64,000 bases of DNA. Source: Eledone cirrhosa. Lineage: Eukaryota. The translations under genes and the position numbers were made by a program. The notes under the pieces were generated by a model. That model was not told the DNA's origin. It saw nothing but the letters and a program-made list of their open reading frames with translations, and did no database searches. Shown piece after piece: positions 1-63,552 of this stretch. Position 1 is the stretch's first letter; every line of letters begins with the position of its first letter. Where the stretch lies: positions 22,010,001-22,074,000 of the forward strand of contig OZ024755.1 of the NCBI GenBank assembly GCA_964016885.1, in the 5' to 3' direction.

Positions 1-345
1 GAAAATTGATTAACTTTCTAGCCAATGACCAAGCACTCTAGGTCATGAACAAGTTAGTCTGAACAGCTCTTCGCTCCAAGCGCCACATGTTCCAGGCTGA
101 TGGACTAAAACACTCCACCAACACCTGCAAATCAATGAAGAAATGGACATAGGTATTAAGTTACAAATTCCATGTTATCTCCTTGGAGTTATAACTAACA
201 AGTTGAAATCAGAAATTCGTTGCTTAAACTTTAATTTGTACTAATAATAAATATTTGCTCTACGGGTTTATATATACAATCCTTATCAAGCCCTCTTCAG
301 ATTTTGGCCTTTGTATTTATTATTACTATATATATATATATATGT

Positions 346-634
346 AAAGTTATGTTGGTGCCGCGCCATAGGCCGAAACAAATGAGATCGTGTAGGTGTC
401 ACGACAAAAAAAAACACAGTCCACGCTGTAATGTGGCCGTGTAGGCAACACGGTAAAAACCTCCCAGACCCACACTGTAAATGTGGTTGGTGTTAGGAAG
501 GGCATCCAACTGTAGAAAACCTGCCAGACAGTCCTATGCGAGCAAGACAATCACTCTTGCCTCAAGTGGGACTACCCCCGTCCAAACCCATGCAAGCGTG
601 GAACACGGACGTTAAACGTTGATGATGATGATGA
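346..634 (+). mobile_element. Short non-autonomous retroposon with RTE-like (GAT)n tail (also ~1845-2140 +; 4369-4690, 18155-18700, 23052-23510, 26843-27290, 47207-47410 on -)
   Basis: Shared GGTGTTAGGAAGGGCATCC core, ending ACCCATGC..GCGTGGAA..GGACGT..AAAC-(GAT)n. Confidence 0.75.
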
Positions 635-686
635 TATATATTAGAATATAAATATTAATAAAATAGATGTTCTTTTGATCAATTAC

Positions 687-739
687 ATTTTATTATACAT
701 ATTTTGGATGTACAACAGTACATCCTCATCAGACAAAAT
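687..739 (-). ncRNA. Putative hammerhead ribozyme, probably inactivated (G12A)
   Basis: AUUUUGU-CUGAUGA-GGAUGUAC-UGUU-GUACAUCC-AAAA-U-AUGU-A-UA^AUAAAAU; perfect 8-bp stem II, 7-bp stem I. Confidence 0.6.
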
Positions 740-1784
740 ATAATAATACATGACATACCCTGAGATGTTAAATGGTTAAGATTTAATCAAGGTAGTGTTT
801 AACCTAAGAGAAAATTTTACATTTATACCCTAATAATGAGAAAATGCGAAAACGTAATAAATTCAATAGAGAATGTGTGAGTAAGAAAAACGTTGCTTAA
901 TGTACCAGTTATATAGATTTTAATATGTATGATACTACAATTTATCTAGGAAAGCATTTCATGAATTATAACAGTCTGTGAGAACCAATCTACTGTAAAA
1001 CTCACTCTTTGATATACTCATTGAATTTTGTTTAACTCTTCAATATATATATATACATATATAATATTTATTTTTATAATATTTATTATTACTATATATA
1101 TATATATAGTTAGGGAAGCAGAAATTTGTTTATTGTGATCCAGTTCGTGGTTAAGAAAGCCAGTTTCATGGACGGTTTCAACGTACGGTTAGGGGTAACT
1201 CCACAAGTTTGTAAGAATTCTGTTCAATCTTAGAGTATAAAGTATAAAAGAGAAAACACAGGTAAGCATTAAGAGAACGATTTTACCCATTGTGAAAATT
1301 TGGACGTGAACAACAATTATAATTGAGTGGCTGCTATTTGCAGTATAGCAATATAAGGTTGCACTTACCAAATACTTGGATAAAATTCTTCTCTTAATGC
1401 TTACCTGTGTTTTCTCTTTTATATTATATATATATATATATATATATATTATTTCTGAAGACGGCGTATATATGTGTTTGGTATGTATATTTAATCTTGA
1501 TAATTTGTATAATTTTGTATAATTTTGTACATAGATCTGTTGAATATGCATACCAATTATAACACATATATATCCTAGAAACGATCGTTAAATAATGAAC
1601 TTTTTTTGTTTAATATAAGGAATTGTTTATTCATTATTTGTTTAATATTTTATCTTGACTCTGTATACCGTTTATCTTTCACCGAAAGTCGTTTTTCATT
1701 ACATCTCTTCTTTCCATGATATCCGGAATACATTGAGTTCTTCATACGGATTGGACACTACCGTAAACTCTTGGTAGATTTATC

Positions 1785-1828
<44 letters not shown>

Positions 1829-3158
1829 CATATATACATATAATACAGAAGACCCGACCCCCCATGGGTACAAGCCGAAGCCGAAGCATATAGACAATAT
1901 GCCCCCCCCCCCCCACTGCAAAGTGGTCGTGGAAGCGGCACGGAAAAAAAGCACCCAGCACTCACTGTAAATGAGGTTGGTGTTAGGAAGGGCATCCAGT
2001 TGTAGAAATCAAGCCAGAATCAGTTCCCGGATGAGCAAGACATGGTCAGCCGACCGGACACTGCCCACAACAGGACAACCCGTCTAACCCATGCTAGCGT
2101 GGAAGAATGGACGTAAAACGGTGGTGATGATGATGAGGATGATATATATTATATTAGATAGTGAAATAGAGCTTCTGCTGTATTTTTTAATAAGTAAATT
2201 AGTCTAATAGTTGGAGTTATAAAAACCCCCAGATTGGAAAAAGGATGAGCATTGACATACATGGGACACGAACCCACATCTTTGACTACCATGACCACTG
2301 TGTTACCCTTGCACCAACTATTAAGCTAATTTACTTAGTCAAAAATAAGGCGGAAGCTCTATTTCACTATCTAATTTTCAAATTCTCTGCTGTTTGTAAA
2401 CAAAGTTAATTTTCAAAACAATGCTAAGTTCTGTATCTTATATACATATATGTAGTGGATAAAATGTGATTCTTTTGATAGGTGTTTGATGAAAAGAATA
2501 ATGCTGCCATGATTGTGATGTTGACAATGTTTATTTTACAAAAACAATATGTGACAGAATTTATCACTACATTAATTTGCTGGCTAACTACTTCGAACTA
2601 GTGTGCATGCATGTATCAACACAACGATACAATATAAGTGATTCCACAAGAAGACGGAAGAATAGATGAAACTTACTATGTGTGTGTATGTCTATTCTTA
2701 GAATATGTTATTCATCTCAAGGACTGCTACTTCATGTCTGGTGTGTCTGTGGTCGAGAAGGTGAGAACCAGTGAGGCCAGGAGAGAGAGAGATAGAGTGA
2801 AAGGTCTGCTACATCGTTAACCTTAACACGGACTGCTTGCTTTGGTCTCTTTGGCGTTCGATTCCTGAAGCCCTTGTATTTATAATAGTGCTATAGTGAG
2901 AAGGATGTGTATATGAGGTTGATTTATGATCAGCCATGTGGTTATCGTCTCCCAGGAAGCTGGGGTCACAGGTCAAGTGGAATGTACGTTTATCATCGTT
3001 GTCTTGACAGGACAATGGTGAGAACCTTCCAATAATGGGTGGTCCCAGAGGCGAGAAACCTCAGATTCGGTTTCGAATCTTCGCCGGTAAAATATAGGAG
3101 TATTCTGTTATATATATTTTGCTCTTAACGAGTTGGATACCTAAGTATATTTGTGAGC

Positions 3159-3215
<57 letters not shown>

Positions 3216-4015
3216 TTTCTTTATTAACCACAAGGGTTTACATAAAGTAGACATTAATAATAATAATAATAATAATTGGAGTGGCAGTATCAGTGGAGGG
3301 TCGGATGCCATGCTTTGCAGTACAGAGTTATGGCCCTTTACGTTCTGAATTCAAATCCCACCGAGGTTAACTTTGCCTTTCATCCTTAAGGAGTCGATAA
3401 AATAAAGTACCAGAAATGCACTGGGATAATTGCTGGCCTTGTGCCAAAAGTGGAAACGATTATTAATATTAGATATATTTGGTTTGTTTACATATAAACA
3501 GCCTCATAAAATACCATGAGGTCGAGATGATGACATCAGCCTTTTGTTCCAGCAGTAGCTTAGAGAAAACAATTGACAATTGTTAATTTTTTCAGAGTGT
3601 CTTGTTCCTTGTCAAGATTGTGTAATCTATCGTCTCTGCTATCTGCTGGAACTGCTGAGAATACATAGTATTCTCAAATGTATTCATCGGTTGATTAGCC
3701 TCAATTACATAACGAGCGATTTTACGGCTGTCTTTTCTGAAAATTAAAAAAAAAAAAATTTGTTTTCGCTCTTAATGTGGTGAAATACCTAAGTGTATTT
3801 GTGAATGAATAATAATATTATTAATATTATATGTATTATATATATAATATTCTGCTGAACGCTGCCAGATGGCGTTAGTCGCTGGTGTTTTGGTATAGCT
3901 CTCTAAATGTTTATTTATAAACATACCGTATTTCTTCCGAAATACGAAATTCCAATATATATCTGTGTACAACTATGCCTGAAGCTAAATTGTAATTCTA
4001 TTACATTAATAATAT

Positions 4016-4191
4016 ATGGCAGTATCGGTAGAGAGTCGGACACCATGCTTTCCAGCATAGTTACGTCCCTTTACGATCTGAGTTCAAATCCCGCCGAGGT
4101 TGACTTTGCCTTTCATCCTTACGGGGTCGATAAAATAAAGTACCAGTAATGCACTGGGTAATTGCTGGCCTTGTGCCTAAAGTAGAAACAA
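4016..4191 (+). mobile_element. tRNA-derived SINE family A (representative; >20 copies, e.g. ~3277, 9454-9838 x2 on -, 12110 -, 20935, 22388, 28176 -, 37688, 41596-42113 x2, 43016-43470, 44859 -, 48762 -, 52085 -, 58822, 62108)
   Basis: A-box-like TGGCAGTATCGG, B-box GAGTTCAAATCC, conserved body GACTTTGCCTTTCATCCTTACGGGGTCGATAAAATAAAGTACC, 3' end GTAGAAACAATT. Confidence 0.85.
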
Positions 4192-4246
4192 TTAATAATA
4201 TATGTATGCATGTATGTATATATATATGTATGTATGTATGTATATA

Positions 4247-4277
<31 letters not shown>

Positions 4278-4336
4278 GTGTATGCATGTTTGTATGTATA
4301 TATATATATATATATATGCATGTATGCTTGTATGTA

Positions 4337-4369
<33 letters not shown>

Positions 4370-5146
4370 CATCATCATCATCATCATCGTTTAGCGTCCA
4401 TCTTCCACGCTAGCATGGGTTTGGACGGGAATTTTCCCACTTGAGGCAAGATTCGTTGTCTTGCTTGTATAGGACTGTCTGGCGGGTTTTCTACGGCTGG
4501 ATGCCCTTCCTAACACCAACCACGTCTACAGTGTGGACTGGGAGGTTTTTACCGTGTTACCTACACGGCCACATTACAGCGTGGACTGTGTTTTTTTTTG
4601 TTGTGACACCTACACGCCCTCATTTGTTTCGGACTGGATGCTGTGGTACCAACATAACTTTACATTGGAAGGGGTGGTGTGGATGGGGTGGGGGTAGTGG
4701 GGCCGGGGTGTATTTTTATATATGTGTATGCATGTATGAATGTATATATATATGTATGTATGTATGCTTGATGATATGTATGTATATATATATGTATGTA
4801 TGTATGCTTGATGGTATGTGTGTGTATATGTGTGTATATATATATGTATGCATGTATGTTTGAATATATATATATGTATGTATGTATGCTTGTATGTATG
4901 TGTGTGTATATGTGTATATATATCTATATCTATATATATATATATATATATATATAAATCTTTGTATATGTATAATAAAGCCAAAACAATGCAGGTATGG
5001 ACATAGAATAAAGAATGCAAATGCAAAAGATATTGTTGACAATTAGTCTTTTACCTTAGATTTATTTAAATGTCCTTAATTTTCGAGATATCTCTTCTTC
5101 AGAGCGAAGTAAAGTTGTCAACCAGTGTTCTAAATAGCTTGCCAAG

Positions 5147-5190
<44 letters not shown>

Positions 5191-5201
5191 GCTTGTATGT
5201 A

Positions 5202-5271
<70 letters not shown>

Positions 5272-5319
5272 TGTATGTATGAATTTGTAACATTTTTTCT
5301 TTGGTTTGTTTCTTTATAG

Positions 5320-54895
<49,576 letters not shown>

Positions 54896-55197
54896 CCACA
54901 CACTTTAAATAAAAGTAGCAATATTTACTGCAAATCAAAGACTCTTGAGTTTGTACATTTTAATTGTCCAAAACCATTCTAATTAGTACTACAATTACAT
55001 AGCTTGTAATTAGAAAAGTAGTGTTACAGTCAGCGCTGGGGTTTTGGGAGTGGTATTTTATTTGGAAACATGCAATTGTTACATCTGCACTCAATTAGGT
55101 TCTAATTCAAGTGAAAGACTATAATTTCAATGCTCCCCAAATTTTACTGACGAAGAGAAATCACAAGGCAAATCTTATCTGTATATAATAAAATAGA

Positions 55198-55229
<32 letters not shown>

Positions 55230-55689
55230 TTCAGTAGAGTCTGTATAAAATATCTTTATCGATACAATCTATTGTAAAAGTGATCTTGTTAAAAATGTTA
55301 ATCCAAGAATACCAACTGTACAAAAAACAAAAAAAAAAAAAAAGCTGTAATATATATATACAATGTTGATTTACATGATTGGAACACAATTCTGTCTTGG
55401 TAATTCGATTGGTACAGTGGTATTTGATAGATTTTATTCTTTTCATGGTTACAGTTTCGTAAATTATAATTTTCTTTTAGTTATCATTTAAAAGTTTTCT
55501 GGTTTGGCTGAAAAAACAACAGCAACAACATTCCATGGACACACACACACACACCACACCACACACACACACTATACGAAAAGTTGCGCATCACCCCAAC
55601 GAAAACTCTACGTCGCACTACCACATACAATAATAATATAGGGCCGACATATTAAAACGACAAAATGTATGTTAATTTCAACAATGTTT

Positions 55690-55725
<36 letters not shown>

Positions 55726-55889
55726 TTCAAACAATTATATCAACAACAACACAATAAAGATCGCTAAACACCACATATTTCTACCAAACGATGTACTAAA
55801 GTAATAAATATGCAAATAATATTTTTGTCTGCTGTTGAGTCTTTTTTGTTTTGTTATTTCTTTCCTATTAAAAGGAAATGTGTTTTTAA

Positions 55890-56138
55890 CAGCGGCGTGC
55901 AGAGCTCTGGTGATGCTCGGGGCAAATCTTGATTGTATGCCCCAAAGACCCAAGTATAAGGCCTAATATACTGAGAATATTATGAGAAAGGAAAACATTT
56001 TGAATAAATAAACACACAAGAAACATGAAATAAATGCTTTATTCGATTTTAATATAAATCAATCAAATTTATTAAGTTCTTTTCCCCAAATGATGCCCGG
56101 TACCAACACACCGTCGGCCTCACCTCTGCACGCTACTG
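55890..56138. mobile_element. hAT-type MITE
   Basis: TIRs CAGCGGCGTGCAGAG / CTCTGCACGCTACTG; 8-bp TSD GTTTTTAA / GTTTTGAA. Confidence 0.78.
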
Positions 56139-57099
56139 GTTTTGAACATCATTGGTGTTATATAATCTATGCATGTATGGTCCTGTACCTCCTGGGGAGT
56201 TGCAAGGACGCCGTAATGAAATACGATGCTTCTCGGACATTTTTAAAATCTCGCAGAGCCCATCTCCTCTCCAGGGCTGAATACAGCAGATTTCTTCCAG
56301 AGAGAATAGAAGTCAGAAAGAGCTATAGAGGAAGAATCGACCCCAATACTTGACTGGTACTTTATTCTATCGACATCGAAAGGATGAAAGAAAAAGTTGA
56401 CCTTGGAGGATTTGAACTTAGAGAACAATAGCAATGACCTCATTTTGTACGCACTGTCTGTGAGGGGCTTGATGTCCAATTTCCAGGTCATTGAATGTGT
56501 CGTCGAAGTCCACATGAATGGCCAGCAAAAAGCTCTGACTTAACACCATGCGATCTTTTTCCTGTGTATATGGGATGGTGGAACGCATTCATCATGTACT
56601 GACCAACATACTACCCGAGTTTCAGCTCTCTAAGTTCAAATCCCGCCAAGGTTAACTTTGCCTTTCATCTTTTCGAGGTCGATAAAATAAAGAGTTGATT
56701 AAAAGACATTCCAGTTGTGTTCAATGGTCTTTTTTGCTTATTCAGTGTATTTAGATAACAATATCCAATGAACTCTTCCATTTGTTAAACGGTAGGGCAC
56801 ACGATGAATATTTGGTGGCTATTTTTCTCTGGGTGAGCAACCACGTAAAGGTTCCTTCGTTGACTTGTGCTATAAAATTTTTAATGAGTTCTGGCTGTTG
56901 TGAGCATGCGCAAATGTCCGAGGAAAGAAGCTGAACGCTGGTTTGGGACAGCACTGTTGAATTTAACTATGACCTTGCATCCTCAAGAAATAAGTTTTGC
57001 GACAGTAAGTGAACTTCAACGGCTTAAGTTTTAATAGTTGTCTCACTATGAGAAAGTTACAGTTAAGAAAAGAGGCCGTTCAACACCTGATATTCAAAT

Positions 57100-58520
57100 A
57101 TCTCAGCCAGGAATAAGCAACAACAAGAGGTATATTCGTACCTTTAATTCTGAATGGTACCAACGAAAAGTTGGTTCTGCGGCTGTGAAGTGAAAAATGC
57201 ATTGTTTTGCTTCATGTTTGCTGTTTGGAGGTGATGTAACGTGGACGAAAGACGGTTTTAGAAATATAAACAAAACGAAAAACATGAGAAGTCAAAGAAG
57301 CATGTTGAAAATGTGGTTTTACTGTCACTTTTAGGAAACGTAAATATTAAGGAGAAACTTAGTGATGTATACAGATTTTCAATCAATGAGCATAACATGA
57401 AGGCTAAAAAGAACCGTGAAATTTTATGCAGCAAAATATTTTTTTTTTCTAACATTTTGGCTATTTCAACATTCTTCTCAAGATCACCACAACGTGTATC
57501 CATTCATGAGAAGCATATGGACGTCAGCATTCCACGTTCATCCGTGGAACTTTAACATGCAGACCGTGAAAATTTGCAACCTTTAAAAAGCTGCCTTACT
57601 GAAATTCAGTCAACATCAAACTTCTGCAGAAACAACAGCAATTAAAAAAAACCTGAATGATGATAATTTCATATTTTGGTTAGAGTTTTTTTCATCAGAT
57701 TATGCCTCATGTTGAAGTAATTTACAACCAATGTAATCTCGAAAAAATTAGTGTGTTTAAAGTCAATGAATATATAACATTTCAAAACTGTTATTTTAGA
57801 AATAAGAAACTCAAAGTACTGTGAGAATCCTTCAAAGACACTCATGTTAGAAGGAAAGGAAGTGTGTGGCTGCATATGTGTTGATATAATGGACAGATAT
57901 TCTTCCACTAAGCACCTAGTAGCTGCTAAATTGTTCAACAAAAAAAAATCTTCACTTGTTTTAAGAATGAACTGCCTACAGAAACGATAGTACTAACAAC
58001 TGAAGCATATCACATGATTGACAAAGAAAAGCTTGAAACTGAACTAAAAGTATTCTATTGTTGATTCGATATGCATAAATATTGTAAATTAATTGAGCAA
58101 CTGATATTTATCTTAGAAAATAATCTAGATTGTGTTCTCAGTGAAATTACGAAACTGATAAATATTCTCTTGTGAATTTCCATCAGAGCCAGAACGTTGT
58201 TTTACAACACTGAAAGAATAAACATTTTCTAAGGAGCACTACGTATCCTGAAAGACTAAATGCACTTGCAGTGCTTTCAATGGAGAAAAGTTTCATCAAC
58301 AGTCATCCAAGGATCAAGGAGATAATTATTAACATTTTCGCTCAAAGTAAAACATTTTAAAATGAATTGATCAAGCTTGAACTGTAACAATTAATTAGTA
58401 AGTAAAAAAAAAGATTTTCGTTCATTTTATATGTTTGTTTTGTTTTACACAATATCAAAACAATGGCTAACAATTTCTGAAGCAGCACACCCCACTTATT
58501 TTAGCCACGAGTCACCACTG
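57100..58520 (+). pseudogene. Decayed hAT-superfamily (ZMYM/TTF-zinc-finger type) transposase remnant with 3' TIR
   Basis: Disrupted frames: C.LF..D.TW.K.GF near 57210-57260; hATC-like ERCF.TLK..FLRST...ERLNALA.LS.EK near 58190-58290; ends CCACTG at 58520. Confidence 0.65.
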
Positions 58521-59387
58521 GTAGTGAATATACAATTATTGTTTCACATAGTTCAGAGTTTCGTTTTTTGTTTAACGAAATGACTAAATTCCTCAGCAAA
58601 CAAAATAGATATTTATTATCTTTTATCATTGTTTATTTTAAAATTTAACTTAATATTAGATTGGATGTTTGAAAATAATATAGAAGATTAAATTTCAGAG
58701 ACTGTTCTAGTTCGTATCAGCTAGAGGTTAGCTAGCGTTTGTACACCGAGTTCAGTGACGGTAGAAACGGTGGAGTATCGGACGATGTGCATTGTATTAT
58801 TTACATACATTAACAGCAGTGAATGGGCAGTATCGGTAGACTTTGAGCATTGAGTTATGTCCTTTTACGTTCTGAGTTCAAATCCTGCCGAGGTTAGCTT
58901 TGCCTTTCATCCTTACGAGGTCGATAAAATAAAGCACCAATAATGCACTGGGACCGATTTAATCGACTTTCCCCTCTCCCCAAATTTGTTGGCCTTGTGC
59001 CTAAATCAGAAACCATTATTTACTTATGTTCTGTTACATTTAGAGTTCGGGATTTTTTGAAATGGCTTTGTTAGGAAGAAAGGCTGAGCTTGATCAACCA
59101 AGATTCGATCACTTGGATACATTGCTGAACTCAAAGTTAGAAAGAAGGCATTCTATCTGATGTTATAACAAATCTGCCAATTCGCCGCCTTTGTTTTGTT
59201 ACACTGACCCAAGACCAGCAATAATTCCACCAGTTTTACAGCTAACAATAGACAGGCCTCAGAAATATACCCTTAGCTACTTTACTGAACTAATTCCACC
59301 AGTTTAACAGGCCTCAGAAATATACCCTGAGCTACTTTATTGTAGCATGTAATTTAAAATAAAAGCTATTGCATATTCCCTTTAGAA

Positions 59388-59792
59388 CAGTGATTCCCAA
59401 CGTGAGGCGCACACCCCACAGGGGGTCAATTTGAATATTTAAGGGGTCCATTTGAAAATGATGTTAATGAGAGCAAACTTCAGGTTTTACTTTATTACTT
59501 TTACGCCAAGGAAACTTTGGTACACAATTACTGTCAGAAACTTCTGTCTCATCTTCTCCACACATGTGATTGTACATCTGGCACCACCTACACCAATGTA
59601 ACTTTGGTACACATTACTGTGAAAAATTCCTGTCTCACCTCCTCCATATGTTATTGTGCATCTGGCACCACATACACCAATTTGTTGACACTATGCAGTT
59701 AATCACTGCTGTTTTTATATAAATGGGGTAGGGTCAATCATTTTTTGAAATGTTAAGGTGGGGCATGGTGCACAAAAGTTTAGGAACCACTG
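59388..59792. mobile_element. hAT (Charlie-like) MITE
   Basis: CAGTGATTCCCAA / TTAGGAACCACTG termini; flanks CTTTAGAA / GTCTAGAG resemble the NTCTAGAN target. Confidence 0.65.
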
Positions 59793-60298
59793 GTCTAGAG
59801 TTTTAACGATTTTATAGACACCCATCTGTAATTTGCTTGTGGTGGGCTGAATAGAAGATGACATGGTTTGAAGATACAGACAAGCATTCGGTTTATTAAA
59901 TAAACGTAAGGGAGGGGGTAATGAAAAAAAGGAAGAGAGAAGACTCACATACTCAACCATACACCATAACAAAGAGCGCTGGAGCCTCCCCAGGGCAACT
60001 GATAGCAATGTTAGGATTCTAAGGAAAAGTTATATAAATATTTTCCCTAAGTTGTTTATTTTATAAACTCCGGAATAATATAAAGACACGGAACCAAACT
60101 ACATATTTTAAAGAATAAATACTTTTAGCAATGGACACATTGAAATCTGATTTAGAAAACAATTATTAATGGCCCAACAAGATGAAATTTCTGAGTCACT
60201 GCAGTAGGAAGCAACACATTAATACACAATGTTCGTCACAAGTATGAAAATACACTCTTGACAGATGCATTGTGTTCGAACACGAAAGAGCCGTCATC

Positions 60299-60712
60299 GC
60301 CCCCATCTCTCTCGCTCGTCCCACAGCCCCTGCCCCCATCTCTCTCGCTCGTCCCACAGCCCCCGCCCCCATCTCTCTCGCTCGTCCCACAGCCCCCGCC
60401 CCCATCTCTCTCGCTCGTCCCACAGCCCCCGCCCCCATCTCTCTCGCTCGTCCCACAGCCCCCGCCCCATCTCTCTCGCTCGTCCCACAGCCCCCATCTC
60501 TCTCGTTCGTCCCACAGCCCCCATCTCTCTCGCTCGTCCCACAGCCCCCATCTCTCTCGTTCGTCCCACAGCCCCCATCTCTCTCGTTCGTCCCACAGCC
60601 CCCATCTCTCTCGCTCGTCCCACAGCCCCCATCTCTCTCGTTCGTCCCACAGCCCCCATCTCTCTCGTTCGTCCCACAGCCCCCATCTCTCTCGCTCGTC
60701 CCACAGCCCCCG
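60299..60712. repeat. 24/30-bp C-rich minisatellite abutting the RLE fragment
   Basis: CCCCATCTCTCTCG(C/T)TCGTCCCACAGC units. Confidence 0.92.
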
Positions 60713-61030
60713 CAGACAGAATGAAGAAGGCGTTTCCCCGGAGGATGGTAAGGGAGATGCGCTGGAAGAGCCATTCCATCTCACGAGGCTCACACCTCCG
60801 GCTGGCCAGCTCAGTGCCTATGGTGGTGAGTATGGAGATAGCCCTAGGTCCAAGGATACCAGAAGTCTCCACTGGCAAGGGCACGACTGCAAACCTGTCG
60901 CAGAGCGACCGGTACTTGGAGAGTTTGACCTCCTCAGCCCGCAGTGCAGCAGAACCTGGGTTAGTCGCAGACTGCACCAAGTTGCGGCTGGAGAAAGTGT
61001 CGCTGCAAGTGGCAAGTTATTCCAAGACTG
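60700..61030 (-). mobile_element. RLE-type (CRE-like) non-LTR retrotransposon 3' fragment; short related piece at ~41395-41460
   Basis: AALRAEEVKLSKY...FAVVPLPVETSGILG...FQRISLTILRGNA: pattern of restriction-like endonuclease C-termini. Confidence 0.7.
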
Positions 61031-61080
61031 GAGACGATCAGGTCGTATCAATATTTACAACAGAGTGGAGACTCCACTTC

Positions 61081-61478
61081 AAGACACTCGAGATGGTGGA
61101 AGAAGAGGTGGCGGTGAAAGACACTCGAGATGATGGAAGAAGAGGTGGCGGTGGTGGTGAAAGACACTCGAGATGATGGAAGTGGCGGTGGTGGTGAAAG
61201 ACACTCGAGATGATGGAAGAAGAGGTGGCGGTGGTGGTGAAAGACACTCGAGATGATGGAAGTGGCGGTGGTGGTGAAAGACACTCGAGATGATGGAAGA
61301 AGAGATGGCGGTGGTGGTGAAAGACACTCGAGATGATGGAAGAAGAGATGGCGGTGGGGGTGAAAGACACTCGAGATGATGGAAGAAGAGGTGGTGGTGG
61401 TGGTGGTGAAAGACACTCGAGATGATGGAAGAAGAGGTGGTGGTGAAAGACACTCGAGATGATGGAAGAGGAGGTGGC
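61081..61478. repeat. 36-45-bp purine-rich minisatellite
   Basis: GAAAGACACTCGAGATGATGGAAG(AAGAG)GTGGCGGTGGTGGT units. Confidence 0.92.
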
Positions 61479-63552
61479 AGTGATGTTACAACAGCTGACG
61501 TATCAAGAGAAGTTCATATTATGGTAGGGAACGAGTTAGTCTTAATGTGGTCACTTAACTTGCTAAAAATACCAACCAAATCTTACCAACTTTCAAAGAG
61601 GAATCACCGAAGACTGCGACGTTAGCTTTAGATGGTCGAGGGTAGGACTAATAAAAAGCGAATGTGCGCGCGCGCGCACACGACATTACACACGCACACA
61701 CACACATACATATAGATATATGTATACATGTACACACACACATGGCGACGTAGGATGCCAGACAAGTTACCAAAAATTCGTTTATAAGAAATATTTATCT
61801 TCCCAATTATTGATTTCATATAAAAAACTTTTAAAAGTTTCAAATTGTTTACTTAAAGGAAAGTTGCCCCCCCAAAAACACTGTACAGTTGATATTATCC
61901 CCCCCCCTCCCCCAACAGCACACGACACATTTGTCTCAACAAGTGAGGATAATTATCACTTTGGGAATAAAAAGTTAGACTTTAATTTCTAAGGAGAGTA
62001 AAGAAAATACATGTTATTTTGTTTTGTCAGACAACAAACAAATCATTGCTATTATATCACTAACAAAGATTTAAATATACATCACAAACAAAGCATTGTT
62101 ATTATGGTGAGTTCAAATCCCGCCGAGGTTAACTTTGCCTTTCATCCTTACGGGGTCGATAAAATAAAGTACCATGGATTGGCAGTATCAGTAGAGGGTC
62201 GGACGCCATGCTTTCCAGCATAGTAACGTCCCTTTACGATCTGAGTTCAAATCCCGCCGAGGTTGACTTTGCCTTTCATCCTTAGGGGGTCGATAAAATA
62301 AAGCACCAGTCATGCACTGGATTATTGCTGGCCTTGTGCCTAAAGTAGAAACAGTTATTATACAAATATATATATATATATATATATATAATTTAATATA
62401 GAAATGGCTTTTGCAGGACTAGAACTGTTCCATTCGAACGAAATCATCAGGAAAGCCTGATGATTTCATTCGAACGAAACAGTTCTAGTCCTGTAGCAGC
62501 CATTTCTCTATTAAATTCTGTATATACTCTACTAGTGCATTGAGTATCTTGCTTACCGTGGTTACACCCGATTGAACCCGGGAGTCGTATATTTATATAT
62601 ATATATATATACATATACACACATCACAAACACACCGTTGCTCTTATTATACAAAGCTTTAAACATATACATCATAGTGGCATTCCCCACCACCACAAAA
62701 AAGTAGTTCGGATAAGCTGAGATTGTATATATTATACAGATTTATTTATAAAACTTAGGTATTTCTTAAATACCTGGTTCTGACATCGTCAGGAATTCCA
62801 GGTAAATCAGTAAACCAGGTAAAACATTTAAAATAAATAAAACAAAACATTATAAAACGGTAAAAACTTTACAATTTCGTGATTTCTATATCAGTTAAAA
62901 GCCTGTATAAGCAGGTTTTTTTACAGCATGCCTTAAATGAAATTTAAGCGTTTCTAATATTTAATCAAGTTCGTTTTTTTTTTATTTTTTATATATATAT
63001 TTCTTTCGGTGTCACACTTTTTACTCTCATTCGAAAAATTCATAGAATAAGTATAGACTACATACCGTACAGGAAGAATTTTGGTCGTATCATATATTGT
63101 AATACAAAAATATAGATATGTGTGTGTGTATATATATAAAAATAAAAAAAATAAAAATCACAAGACAATGAAAATAAAATTCCTGAAATAGTTGAAGTTT
63201 TCACAAGTATGGCAAGATTTCTTCGGTTTTTGTTTTTTAAGGTACATAAGAGCGGAATATCTTCATACACATTGTATTCATTATATGCATTTATATTTTC
63301 ATTCTAAACATCAAACCCCAAAAGAACTGGTCTACATCATTGGATGCAAATGAAGTCGCAAGTTTATATGAGAGTGATCTTCTAGAGAGATGTCTTAATG
63401 AAGACTAAGAGGGTCTCTTGCTCCACACACAAAGGGTGCCTTAAAAGTTACAAGACCATTATATATATATAATTGTGTATTGACGTTCGGGACACCCTGT
63501 ATATTAACAGTACATTGGTTTGTCTTCTTTCTTTCTTTGGTTGTTTACTTGC

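Noticed and set aside
4016-4095. SINE heads as tRNA genes
   Set aside because: A/B boxes are present, but I see no complete cloverleaf and they are always followed by the SINE body.
5072-5108. Hammerhead-like CUGAAGA-AGAGAUAUCUC-GAAA-AUUA on the - strand
   Set aside because: Stem I has only ~2 bp and stem III is marginal; could be a decayed copy but is not supportable.
60196-61453. Overlapping 110-303 aa repetitive ORFs on both strands
   Set aside because: Produced by minisatellites; only the RLE-like segment on the - strand has protein-family signal.
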